Below, piece after piece: positions 44,555 through 55,565 of a stretch of DNA of 64,000 nucleotides. The stretch's first letter is position 1, and each line of letters begins with the position of its first letter. The notes under the pieces are model-generated. The model had not been told where the DNA came from. It ran no database searches and saw nothing but the letters and a program-made list of their open reading frames with translations. The DNA comes from Trypanosoma brucei (lineage: Eukaryota), in assembly GCA_000002445.1 (NCBI GenBank), contig CM000207.1, positions 1,600,001 to 1,664,000 on the forward strand, read 5' to 3'. The position numbers and the translations under genes are program-made.

Positions 44555-46411
44555 TCAAAGCATGATCGACTCCACCAGTCCACCAGCCACAGTTTCACCA
44601 TCCTGCTGCAGCACGAAACGACCCAAAGAACGACACACTTCCGCGGGTTCCAAAGCAACCTTCCGCTCGGCCCTAAATACGATAATCGCCTGTGTTGACT
44701 TGGGAATGCACTTCACCATGCCAGATGACCAGTTTCCACAGCGGTCCATTTTGGAAACAAGGACCAGAACTTGGAGTTGCACCGTTAATGCGTGGCACAC
44801 CATCGTAAAACGGGCACCGGGCAAGATGGACTTCTGTAGTGTGGTGTATGTTTGTATGCGCGCCTTGAAATCTGTTGAGCAGCGTGTTGCGTCACCACTA
44901 CCGGCTTTGCATCCCACACATCCCGGTCCAAGACCCACAAGAGAAGAGGCGGTGTCAATCACAATTGTGTCGCCCGCAAAAGCGGCGGGGACGAGCCCAC
45001 CCATTGTAGGTTTTTCTATGGATCGAACTTGCACCTTCACATCTGCCGGAACGAACAGCAACTTCTCCCCTTTCTGCACATTTCCGCATTCCACCTTGCA
45101 AAAGATCCTCGAATCTTGTACGTCCTGCACACTCAGTCGTAGCAGAGTGCCCATCATCCTACTTTCTAGCGGACATTGATCAAGCAGCACCACCAACGAC
45201 GGCCCTTTATACCAAGGTGTCAGCCCCACATCAACGACGTTGATGTTTGTTCCCTGAATACCACTAACTGGGCAGAAGCCAGCGACCGCATCTTCCTTGA
45301 AGTGAACCTGCTTCAACAGGTATTTGAGCTCGCGAACAACGAAATCATAGCGCTCTTGGCTGTAACCAACCGAATCCATTTTGTTCACAGCTACAACTAT
45401 GTGCCCCACGCCCAGCATCTTCAGTATCACAAGATGCTCTTTCGTCCCATGAGCAAGTCCCACCTCAAACTCGGAGGTGCCTGCAGTCACAACGAGAAGT
45501 GCTGCATCAGCCTGTGCTGCACTGCTCATCATATTAAGGACATAATCCTTGTGACCGGGCGCATCTAGAACGTGGATGCGACGATGCTCCGTCTCAAAGC
45601 AGTACGACCCCGCGTCGATTGTTACGCCACGTCGACGTTCCTCCTCCGATTGATCGAGTAACCAGGCAAATTTAAACGACTCCTTCTTCATTTGGCGAGC
45701 GTTCTTCTCGTTACGGTCCACCTCTGACTGTGTGACCTTCCCCAGCATCAACAACAAATGCCCGATGGTTGTGCTCTTGCCTGCATCAACATGACCAGCG
45801 ACGATAAATGTGCAATCCAGTTTGCTTGGGTCAGGAGCTATTTCCTTGACCATGTCCTTCTTACCTTTATGTTGTTGTTGCTGCTGCTGCCGTTGTTGCT
45901 GCAGCTGCGCTGAGGAGGGGGAAAAATCAACTGCTGCTCCGATCTGTTCCTTGGTGGAAGCCGTCATACTGGTTTCTCGCTTTGCAGTTGATCCCACCTT
46001 TAGCGACCGACCTTTACCAGGAATTGGAGTTGATACGGCAGGGCGCACAACAGTTGAAGTCACTGCACTTACTGCCTGGCACACGTCGTAATTACACGCG
46101 CGCAACGCCTCGACGGCACGCGGCGTATCACACCTGCACGTACCGTTAGTTGTCAACAACTGCTCATAGAAGCCCGGTAAAAGCGTTTGGAGCAACTCAT
46201 AATCAACGTCTTGCTTATCTAAACGGTGAATATCCGACTCCTCTGGTTTTTGACCCTCCAAATTATCCGTTCTGCTGACACCAGCGGGTTGCTGCGCTTC
46301 CTCACCTCCATAATAACCCTCCCCCTCCTCATAGTAGTAATCTTCTTCTTCGTAGTAGTCGTCATCCATGTAGTCATCCAGTTCATTGTAAAACTTCCTG
46401 TGGCGATTCAT
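44555..46411 (-). CDS. eEF1A-family translational GTPase of the Hbs1/eRF3 subfamily, with acidic/Tyr-rich and poly-Q N-terminal extension
   Basis: G1 FIVAGHVDAGKST. G2/G3 region FAWLLDQSEEERRRGVTIDAGSYCFETEHRRIHVLDAPGHKDYV (matches HBS1L FAWVLDETGEERERGVTMD...LMDAPGHKDF). G4 VAVNKMD. Beta-barrel domains II/III follow. N-terminus MNRHRKFYNELDDYMDDDYYEEEDYYYEEGEGYYGGEE and QLQQQRQQQQQQHKGKK. Confidence 0.85.
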   Translation of the reverse strand: MNRHRKFYNELDDYMDDDYYEEEDYYYEEGEGYYGGEEAQQPAGVSRTDNLEGQKPEESDIHRLDKQDVDYELLQTLLPGFYEQLLTTNGTCRCDTPRAVEALRACNYDVCQAVSAVTSTVVRPAVSTPIPGKGRSLKVGSTAKRETSMTASTKEQIGAAVDFSPSSAQLQQQRQQQQQQHKGKKDMVKEIAPDPSKLDCTFIVAGHVDAGKSTTIGHLLLMLGKVTQSEVDRNEKNARQMKKESFKFAWLLDQSEEERRRGVTIDAGSYCFETEHRRIHVLDAPGHKDYVLNMMSSAAQADAALLVVTAGTSEFEVGLAHGTKEHLVILKMLGVGHIVVAVNKMDSVGYSQERYDFVVRELKYLLKQVHFKEDAVAGFCPVSGIQGTNINVVDVGLTPWYKGPSLVVLLDQCPLESRMMGTLLRLSVQDVQDSRIFCKVECGNVQKGEKLLFVPADVKVQVRSIEKPTMGGLVPAAFAGDTIVIDTASSLVGLGPGCVGCKAGSGDATRCSTDFKARIQTYTTLQKSILPGARFTMVCHALTVQLQVLVLVSKMDRCGNWSSGMVKCIPKSTQAIIVFRAERKVALEPAEVCRSLGRFVLQQDGETVAGGLVESIML

Positions 46412-46509
46412 ATTATTCCACTTCCTACGCTGCTGTACTTCCCCTCCCTCTACCGACAGTACCGCAAATCAACTAATTTTGTTGCGTAAATTATATATAT
46501 ATATATAAG

Positions 46510-46580
46510 CAAAGACCGCACACAAGAGCAGCGTAAGTGTGAAAAAAAAGAGAAATAAGGGAAAAGACAGATGGAGTTTG
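46510..46580 (-). promoter_or_regulatory. Polypyrimidine tract (minus strand) upstream of the Hbs1/eRF3-like GTPase ATG
   Basis: + strand agcaaagaccgcacacaagagcagcgtaagtgtgaaaaaaaagagaaataagggaaaagacag is purine-rich. The rc is a CU-rich tract ~100-170 nt upstream of the start codon at 46411. Confidence 0.4.
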
Positions 46581-49384
46581 TAGTGACTATTGCAGAACCC
46601 CAAGTTCTTTCCGCAGAAGCAGCAACCGCGATAAAAACATTTTCTTTTTTTTTTCATATTGTGTTTAGTTTTTTTTTGGAATAACCGCTGCGACGATTTC
46701 TCCTTCCTTTTACTCTTTTTGTTATTTCATGGTGAATTGGAAAGAGGGAGGGAGCAGATCGCACTTCTTAGCCAACCTCCCACCCAATCCCCATTTTCCT
46801 TTTTTTTTTCCCTCTCGTTACTCCTCTTGACTTTTTTTGTTATTTCACCGTTTTACTTTTATTTTTTTTTTTTGTTTGCTTTTCTTTTAGTTCCTTCAGA
46901 AGCACCTTAATGTTCCTTTCCTCATACCATTTCCTTCACCTTTTTTTTCTTTCTCTCCGACTCCTTCAGCACACTTATTGTATTAATAATAATAATAATA
47001 ATAGAGGCAGCATCCTCGCCCTCTCCCCAAACCCCACAAAGGACCGTTCACACAAATGCACGTCCACACACACACAAACGAATATAAGGAGGTAAATAGC
47101 CCTCATTCCTTTTTTTTGTTTGTTTCCTTCCTTTCATCTTCTTTTGTTCCTTTCGCCCATTTCATTCTTTCCTTTCCATTATGCACTACACGATGCCCTC
47201 GCATTGGCGGCGCAACACGTCACTCATTTTCTTCCTTTTCTCCTGGCGCCCCTTCCTTTTTTTTTTCCTTCATTCATCTCCGGATTCACTCCTCTGCTCG
47301 TGGCACTGGTACTCAACACTTTGAAAGGAAGAATGACGAGGGGAATCATTTCATGGTGAAACAAAAGAAAATAAGAGGGATAAAAGAAAAAACAGCGATT
47401 ACCCCACGGGCTTCACTTCACTTCACTTCGCTCCCTTTCCTTCTGTCTGGTCGTACCGTTGCGCTTTCGCTCTCATTTATTGTTTATCATTACCATTATC
47501 AACACCACTCTAACCACTACTCCCAATTCCCCACCACTCACCACCAACCTCCTTTTGCCGTTACATCAAACAATAAAGAAAAGGAAAAGCACGAGGTAAA
47601 GTGGAAGAGGGGAATTAAAAACAGAGGAGAGGTCTGAAATGGTTGCCAAAACCCCATCAGTACGATATAATGATAAATAAATGAAGGAATAATTGAGTAC
47701 AGTAACCGATGCCATATCATATGAAAGGGACAAGTTTGGCAGGGGAGAAGACAAATGGCGTGGAGGGAAGTTGACAAATAAAAAGGTAGAAAATGAACGT
47801 CACAGAGAATCCCGTTTGGGCGTTCCTTTTTTTTCCCCCCCCCTCTCCTAACCTTTCCCTCATTAATCTCTACCTTTCTATCTTTCTTTCATATGTGCAC
47901 GAAGGGATTATTGCGGTTTCCGCCTACGCCAATCACAGGGCGACGGCGTATGCATTCCCTCCCTTCCTCCCGCGATCAAATGTTCCCTCTATCTTCAGAC
48001 TTTCTCCTCTCAAGATAAACGCCTTGTTTCCCCCCCCCCTTTTTTTTAAAAAAAAAGAAAACTCCCGTTTCTTCTCTCCCTCTTTTCGCACTGATGCTCA
48101 TTTTCCCGCATGCCGCGCCAACTCCGAGGGATCATTTTCCTTTTCTTTCTGTTTTTATACTTTCTCCTCTCATCTCCTTCCCCTCCCCCTTACCGTCACA
48201 ACATTCCCAAATTAAAAATAAATTAATCAAACATGCTCGGCGAAGAGTGTTGTAGAAACAGCGAGAGAATATATTGTAAGAACGAGACGGCAGAGGAAGA
48301 AAGACATATTTGAACGCAAGGAAGTAATACGAAGGGGAAAAGCACGCACCTACGGGAAACAATACAAAAACAGGAGCTGCTAAAAATAAAATAAAATAAA
48401 ACAAGCGAACAAAAACAGAAAAACGAAGGAGGGAGTCGTATATGGAAAGAGAGAAAATGTGTGTTCATTCCACCATCTCATGCACTTCCCACTCCCTTCT
48501 CATCCCTCTCTCCCCTCTTTCTGTTCCCATCCTCTCTTATGTCCAGCCTCTTTTCTTCTTTTACTTCGGTTATTTTTCCAGTTTTAGTTTGCCCTTCTTC
48601 GTTCCTTTTATTTCGCTCACGTATACAACATATCTTCCCATTTTCCCTTCACTTTCTTTCCCTCTTAACGGTGAAAGCCACCGGAGCTCCCATTGCTTTA
48701 TCATCTTTTTTTTTTCTGTTGTTTTTCTCTTGGTCTCTTCCAATTTCTCATACAATTTTAAAAAGAATGTGTGTTTGCAAGTCTGCAGTTAAATAATATA
48801 ACGCCTCCTCTCGACTAACCGCAGCAGCCACCACACTCTCTTTAATGTATTTTATATGATTTCCCACTCAATTAAGGTCCACCCCATTTCCTTTTCACAT
48901 TGTCACCAATACTCCCTCCTTTTTCTTTTTTACTTCCTTTCCTTTTCTCACTCTTAACATTTGCTGGAATCAGTCACATTACATACTGTTTCGTACCCGA
49001 CGGAGACTCAGGGGCAACAACAACAAAAAAAAAAAGAAAGGTGAAGGAAAGTGGAAGAGGGCGAAAAAGAGTGGCGAAAACAAAATAAAGAAAAGATTTT
49101 CCTGCTGACACATCCCAAAACAACTTCATAAATTTTCAGTCTAAACGAGCGATGGCGGTCGTACCTGAATACCGCCAAGAGCACCCCACTTCTTTTGTTC
49201 CATTGCTTTCACACATATATATACACACAGTATTTCTCTCTTTTCTTATGTCTGCCTAACCCTTCTCATAAGTACTCATACGCGTGTGCGCTGAAGCGTA
49301 CGCGTTGTCTTCCCTTTTTTTCTTCAACCTTTTCCTTCCATCTCCCGTTCGACTCTCCGCTCGCACGCTGCAGTGATGCTGATC

Positions 49385-51052
49385 CTACATGCCAATGTGA
49401 CGGTTGAGCACGTCGAGGGCCTCCTGCACCTTCGTGTCAAGCAGACTGTGGTTGTCTAGCAGGTTGAGGATCTCGCTGTTATCCATCTCCAACAACATGC
49501 CTGTAACCTTCGCGGCGAAGGAGGGATTGTTTCGTACAATGTAGTTGTACAGCCGCTCGCCCAGCACATTCTTTTGCTGATCTGGAGTCATGCTGGCAAG
49601 TACTGTGGAGAGGTTCTGCCCCTGAGCAACCGGAGGTTGCGGAATTTGTGGGTGCGACTGTTGCTGTGGGGCCATCATGGATTGCATGGGCGGGCGCTGT
49701 GGTCCCGGGCGGGCGCGGACTTGGTTCATGGGTGTCGGTCCCATTGGTCGCATCGGGCCACCCATGCCCATGGTGGAAGGCATCATTGGCATGCGCGTGT
49801 TCATGAAGTGCATACCATTGAACATCGCCGGGGGATTCATGAAACTGAGCTGTGGTCCCATCATACCACCCATCAGGCCACCCATAGGCGGTTGACGCAT
49901 GCGGGGCTGTTTGTTCCGCATGTCTTCGAGTGTCTGCCGGCGGGCGTCCTTGCGGAGGGCGTAACTCACAAACAGAGGGCGAGGGCCCAACGCCGTGCTA
50001 CCGTGTAGTTCCTGGATAGCCTGAGCCGCGGAGCTTTGTTCCTTGAAGGAGACGAAGCCGAAGCAGCGGGACACCTTCGTTGCTTTGTCCATCATCACAC
50101 TGACAGATACAGTCTCGCCAAAGGGATCGAACAACGCCTTCAGGCGTTCGCTCGTGACGGTATCGTCAAAGTTCTTCACATACAGGTTCGGGTATTTGCT
50201 GTGCTGCTGCTGGCGCTCCCGGCGAAGGCGTTCGCGCTCCCGTTTGCGCTCCTCCCTGGAACGGAAGCGGCAGACACTTAACTTCATGCCTTCCTTTGCG
50301 AGGGGGCTTTCCTTATCATCCAACTCCTCCACGGCCTTAGCGGCAGCTTCGTGTGTGGCATAGGCAACATACCCGAAGCCGACGGTCGGCCTGCCGGCGA
50401 GATCGCGCACCTTCGCGGAAGTCACCTCACCAAAGGGAGAAAACACCTCCTTCAACTTCTCATCGTCCACGGAGGGGTCAAGGTTCTTTACGTAGAGGTT
50501 CGTGTACTGTTTCAGCTGCTCTTCGCGGTGGTGGGGTTGGTAGCGTTCCACGGTAATGGCACAGTCGTCAATGGAAACCCCATTCAACTCCCGGACGGCA
50601 TCAACAGCGGATTCCTCCTTTTCGTAGGAGATGCGGGCATACCCGCGTGATTCTCCTTTTTCATCAGTGGCAAGCCCGATGGCAGTAAGGCGACCGTACT
50701 TGGAGAACATCTCCTTCAGCGCGTAGGTGTCCACGGTGGGAGGGAGTTTTTTCACTATGATGTTCGTCACGCCGCTACGGCGTTTCGAAGGGTCGCGCTG
50801 GATTTTGGCGATACGGATGTGCTTCGTACCCAACTTCACACCGGCCTGGTCAAGCGCCTTCTCAGCATCGGCAGGGTTCTGGAAGTTCACGTAGCCGTAG
50901 CCAAGTGACTTTTGGGTGACGGAGTCCACACACACGCGGACAGAGGCAACGGGCCCGACACGAACGAAATGGTCGTAGAGTTTCTGTTCATTCAGGTTGG
51001 GGTCCAAACCTCCCACCCAAATGGAGGGGCTCGCAGCAGCAAATGCAGCCAT
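49385..51052 (-). CDS. PABP: Poly(A)-binding protein (4 RRMs + PABC/MLLE domain)
   Basis: Four RRM domains with RNP1 octamers KSLGYGYVNF, SRGYARISY, TVGFGYVAY, RCFGFVSF. Met/Pro/Gly-rich linker. C-terminal MLLE/PABC domain (TPDQQKNVLGERLYNYIVRNNPSFAAKVTGMLLEMDNSEILNLLDNHSLLDTKVQEALDVL). Confidence 0.9.
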   Translation of the reverse strand: MAAFAAASPSIWVGGLDPNLNEQKLYDHFVRVGPVASVRVCVDSVTQKSLGYGYVNFQNPADAEKALDQAGVKLGTKHIRIAKIQRDPSKRRSGVTNIIVKKLPPTVDTYALKEMFSKYGRLTAIGLATDEKGESRGYARISYEKEESAVDAVRELNGVSIDDCAITVERYQPHHREEQLKQYTNLYVKNLDPSVDDEKLKEVFSPFGEVTSAKVRDLAGRPTVGFGYVAYATHEAAAKAVEELDDKESPLAKEGMKLSVCRFRSREERKRERERLRRERQQQHSKYPNLYVKNFDDTVTSERLKALFDPFGETVSVSVMMDKATKVSRCFGFVSFKEQSSAAQAIQELHGSTALGPRPLFVSYALRKDARRQTLEDMRNKQPRMRQPPMGGLMGGMMGPQLSFMNPPAMFNGMHFMNTRMPMMPSTMGMGGPMRPMGPTPMNQVRARPGPQRPPMQSMMAPQQQSHPQIPQPPVAQGQNLSTVLASMTPDQQKNVLGERLYNYIVRNNPSFAAKVTGMLLEMDNSEILNLLDNHSLLDTKVQEALDVLNRHIGM

Positions 51053-51094
51053 GATTTCTCTGGTTGTTCCCTTTCCTGGTTTATATTTTTAATA

Positions 51095-51100
51095 AACTCT

Positions 51101-51134
<34 letters not shown>

Positions 51135-51140
51135 GTGTAT

Positions 51141-51170
<30 letters not shown>
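51095..51170. repeat. (TA)n microsatellite, interrupted (~70 bp)
   Basis: tagatatatatatatatatatatatatatatacacgtgtatagatatatatatatatatatatatatatatgtat. Confidence 0.95.
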
Positions 51171-51176
<6 letters not shown>

Positions 51177-51354
51177 ACAAGTACCTTGTTCTCTTAACTT
51201 TATTTACTTTCTTCTTCCCCTCTCCCTTTGAAGGTCTATCAACTAAGTGGCACTGGATACCTTTTGTTTGCTCTTCCTTACTTTTGTGTTTTTTTTGTTA
51301 GCTACTATATTTATTTTTATTTTTGTTATATTTTTTTAGAGGCTGGACAAAGAC

Positions 51355-51475
51355 TATCACACCAGGGGGGTGTGAAAATACCAAAGAAGAAAAAAAGAAA
51401 GCAACATATAGCGAAGTTGAAAGCAAAAAAAGTCATTGCGAGAAAAGCAGCAGCGGAGATAATAATTTAATGCAC
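51355..51475 (-). promoter_or_regulatory. Polypyrimidine tract (minus strand). Likely trans-splice acceptor region for the PABP mRNA.
   Basis: The + strand is strongly purine-rich here (aaagaagaaaaaaagaaagcaacat...). The minus strand is therefore U/C-rich ~300-400 nt upstream of the PABP ATG at 51052. Confidence 0.4.
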
Positions 51476-53969
51476 CCAAACGCACATACAGGTAAATGTA
51501 CGCGCGTCTGCCCGTATCTCTGCAACTCGCACAGCGCATGCTCGTATTTCATGAATCCTTTTTTTCATATGACCATTAGTTCAGCACTCGCTCTGTGTAT
51601 CTCTGTATGAATATGCATAAATAAATAAATCAAAACAAACATATAAATACATGCACATGCGCATATATACATATACATGCTTGTGGTTTTGTTTGTTTGA
51701 ACAGATAGGGGAGAATAAAATGGTAGAAAATGTGAAATTGGGCACCTCCTCCTTCTCTTCACCCGTTTTTTTCCTCTCCTTCATAGCACTCAGGGATAAT
51801 CGCGCCGCAACAGACAAGAACCTGTGGTATAAATAAGAACAAACGAAAAAGGAGAAGGCTTGGAAAATAATAGGAAGAGGTTAAAGGGGAAAATAATAAC
51901 AATGTCACAAGAGGCAGAACCACGATCGGGAGCAAAGGTGACAACCACGCAAGCGAATAAAGAAATGAGAGAGTTTAGCCCCCCCCCTTTTGCTCCTTAA
52001 CCTTCCCTTCATTCTTTCATGTTTCATTTATTTTGTTGTTGTTTATTTTCTCTCCCTCACTCTATCCTTCTTTCATTTTCTTCGAGGAGGAGAAGGAGGA
52101 AGGAGATTATGTCCAGTTCTCTTTTTTTTTTTTTTCCTTCTCCCCTTCCTTCTCTTTTCTACTGTAGCTTTCTCAAATCTGTTTTCACAACGGTTCCACA
52201 GAAGATGGGTGGTGCTTGCTCTGATATGCGCGGCGCTGAATCAATCAATGCGTCGGTGAAACGGACAGTAGAATGTAAGAAAGAGAGAAAGAGAGCGAGT
52301 AAAAGAATAGAGATAGGGAATGGGATTTGAAATACCGACAAAAAAGAAACAAAGAAAAAAAACATTCAGACTCACCACATAAATATTTATGAAAAACAAT
52401 CACCGATTTCATTATCCCTCCACACACACACACACGCATCTGGGTAATGCATACAGCAATGGGGGAAATGAAAGAGAAGAGAAGAAACAACGGGAAAGAT
52501 GAATCAAACAAAAAAATAAATTAATAATAACCCCAACGGAACACAAAAAAATTGTTGCGAACTCGTTGGTGGTCTGGCATGGGAGTTAATGTGAACCACA
52601 GCGAAGGTGGGAGCAACCTAAAAGGGCTAAGACAGGGAAACTCACACGGGCGTGGTCAACGAACAAGGAGGGGGAAAGACATTTGTTGTCAAGTAACAAT
52701 GAAAAAACAGTAATAATAATAATAATAAACAAAAGCAAATAAGGCAGCGGCTCCTGCGGTAATTAATGTGGTTACAGTTTTGTTGAATTTTGTTCATCAT
52801 CTTTTCCCCACACCCCTTTCCCCCCCACCTCCTCTCCACCTCTTGTGTCCTCTGGTCTCTTCACTTCCCTTAAGCCATCGCACCCTACCTCAACTCACTA
52901 CTCTCTCCTTCTTCATAGTTCTTATCTCAAAATGCAAAAAAAAATGCACAAACACAAATGTGAAAGGAGATAAAAGAGAGGACGAAAACAAGTAACATAC
53001 ATAAACACACACGCGCCTAAAAGCATAAGCAGGAACATGGCCCCCTTCATTTTCATTGTCCCTTCTTTCTCTCCTTCTCCACGATCCACCGTCCTCAGCT
53101 TCGTTACACACCCTTCAGCACACTAAAGGCACATGCGTACACATACATTACATACATGTACATACACACAAATACTTCATTCCTCACATACATCATATAC
53201 ATATATATATGTATATTTGTAGACACGCGCCCTCGGTGAATGACGCGCAGCGGCTAAACTGCAAAATTGTGTCTGTACGCTAAATTCCCTCCCCGTAACC
53301 CTCCTCTTTATCACCCCCCCCCCAACACAAACACCTTTCCTTGACACTTTGATGCATACACAACAAATGCCCTATTCCCTTCTCCCCATAGGTATTCCTT
53401 CTTGCAACGCTTTATTCCCCCAGGGGTACATGTTTTACCCATAACTTACGCACCGCTAACAGTGGCACATTTTCTCCAATTATTTTTGTCTTCCCTTCGC
53501 TGCAAAGTTCCTACACCCTGCCACCTACTTGCCTGCCTATTACGTTTCCTCTGAGCTTAATACTGGTGTATGCTCGTCTACAGCTACCACAAATGGCATC
53601 CACACAACCGATTCACCTTTCAATTTTGTGGGTTAGTCCAAAAACGCACGTAAAAAAAACCGCAAACCAAACACCCTATACACACACGACAGACTCACCC
53701 TCACACACACCACTTAATATGACAGCTCCTACATGGTCATCTCAATCCTTTTCGTCTCTCTCTCGCCCTTATCATTTTTTTAATCACTATCACTACCCCA
53801 TTACCAGTTCATCAATTCATCGGTAACGCTGAGTAGTTCTTCCACTACCACACGACAGGTATGGCACCGTAATGCACATTGTCACGGGGCCGCCGAATGC
53901 CAAGGAATGCACATCACTAATCATATTGACTTACCCCTCGTGGCACGTAGCTGAGGGCAATAACACCTG

Positions 53970-54902
53970 TCAGTAACCCAAAAGCCTCGGGTTCGGCGTG
54001 CCGTCGGGGGAAAGTCTTGTAGACATATCATCCCCGCTCATCTCCACGTATGGCGCTGTGTCTGTCCTGCAGTTCATGAGAGCTGAAGGAGCGCGGGCCG
54101 ACGAACCCCTGCTCGCGTTGCACAATAACACGGTATCGGGCGATTGTCTCACGTCCGTCAGTTCCTTAGCTGGGCCCACAGCGCGGAAAGCTGCAGAGAT
54201 GGCCGGACGTTTCCTTCTCGCAGTAGAGTCCACCACCCGCGGCCTCCCTGTTGCAGCGGCAGAAGAAACAGCTGTTGGAGTGGTCGTGGGGGATGGCTGT
54301 GAACGAATGCTCACTGCCCTCATGACGCTGGACGTATTCCGACGAGGTGTGCCATCAGGGACCCTAGTAAGCGACAGTGACGTGCCCCGCAGTACCTTTT
54401 CGGGAGAAATAGACCGTCCAGCCCGCACTTGCCGCGTGGGTTTGTTGTGCCATGTACTCCCGTTTCGCTGGGGAGTGCGACTTTTGGGCCGCTCTCTGCT
54501 GGCTACCCGAATGCCCTTGCTTTCGCAGATCACCTTATGTATGTGTGCACGTTGAGCATTGTCTTCCCACATACGACTCCAAAACAGATCCGTCTGCTTC
54601 GGGGTACAAGGGGGTTGGGGAAAAGAGCCTGTTGTGCGCCCAGGTGAGAACAAGGCGGAGCTACGCAGCGGTGATATCTTCATCCCCTTTTCTTTTCCAG
54701 TGATGCTACAAGCGATATCGCCGCTTGCGTGCTTTTGTGTGCCGTTGCTGTCGGTGCTGAGGCCCTTGCAGAACCGAGACCGTTCCGCACTACCGCGTCG
54801 CAATGCGGAGGCTGGATACTCACGCCGCAAAACAGGTGTGACACGACGGTCTGGAGTATTCTGCCTTGATGATGCCAGCGTGGACATTGGTTGTTTGAAC
54901 AA
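53970..54902 (-). CDS. Possible S/R/P-rich disordered protein (310 aa). Coding status uncertain.
   Basis: Longest ORF in a GC-rich block and in the transcription-unit sense. Overlapping + strand ORFs (53998..54555, 54559..54987) are of similar length, so this could be a non-coding GC-rich region. Confidence 0.3.
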   Translation of the reverse strand: MFKQPMSTLASSRQNTPDRRVTPVLRREYPASALRRGSAERSRFCKGLSTDSNGTQKHASGDIACSITGKEKGMKISPLRSSALFSPGRTTGSFPQPPCTPKQTDLFWSRMWEDNAQRAHIHKVICESKGIRVASRERPKSRTPQRNGSTWHNKPTRQVRAGRSISPEKVLRGTSLSLTRVPDGTPRRNTSSVMRAVSIRSQPSPTTTPTAVSSAAATGRPRVVDSTARRKRPAISAAFRAVGPAKELTDVRQSPDTVLLCNASRGSSARAPSALMNCRTDTAPYVEMSGDDMSTRLSPDGTPNPRLLGY

Positions 54903-55565
54903 TTGGTGCAGTAACCACGTTCCCTTCGCTACTTCCCTGTTGCCCTCCTTTGGGATTTCTTCGCTTCAAGAAAAAGAGGTCTCCTGACTCTCTTCTACTC
55001 GTGTTTCTTTCACCCCCGCCTTTATCGCTACGGTAACACAGCACTGTAAGAACCCGCAACCTCTGCCAAATATTTGAACACCTTCCGCTTGGGCTGAACA
55101 ACAAGCTACGTCCGGGACACCGCAGCAATGTGGAATGGGTTGAGGCGACAGTCGCAATTCCTCTCCCCTGTTGCACTCTTTCTTTTTCGGTTTTATATTT
55201 CTTTGTTTGCTCTTCCGAATATTATGAATTTGTTGTTGGTACTTCTCACCTTCCTCCCTTAAACCACCGAAACACAACCTCAGATTCCTTTACCTTCAAG
55301 TGTATTTGGTAATCTGACAAGAGCAGACCTAAACCAAAAAAAAAAACCGGCAATAGGATGTAGAAAAGAGCAGATGAAGGCATCAACATCACCAAATATT
55401 TGCAATGACGATAATTAAAAAACCTACCCCTGTGTGAAGTCAGTAAGTTAACAGGAAAGCGAAACGCGGCCCCTGGAGAGCGCTGTCACACGTTTCCACT
55501 GCTCGGGACTATGCTCCCACTACCGCAAGCTCCCGTTTTCCCAAGTAACAGTGCAAGTGAGAATT

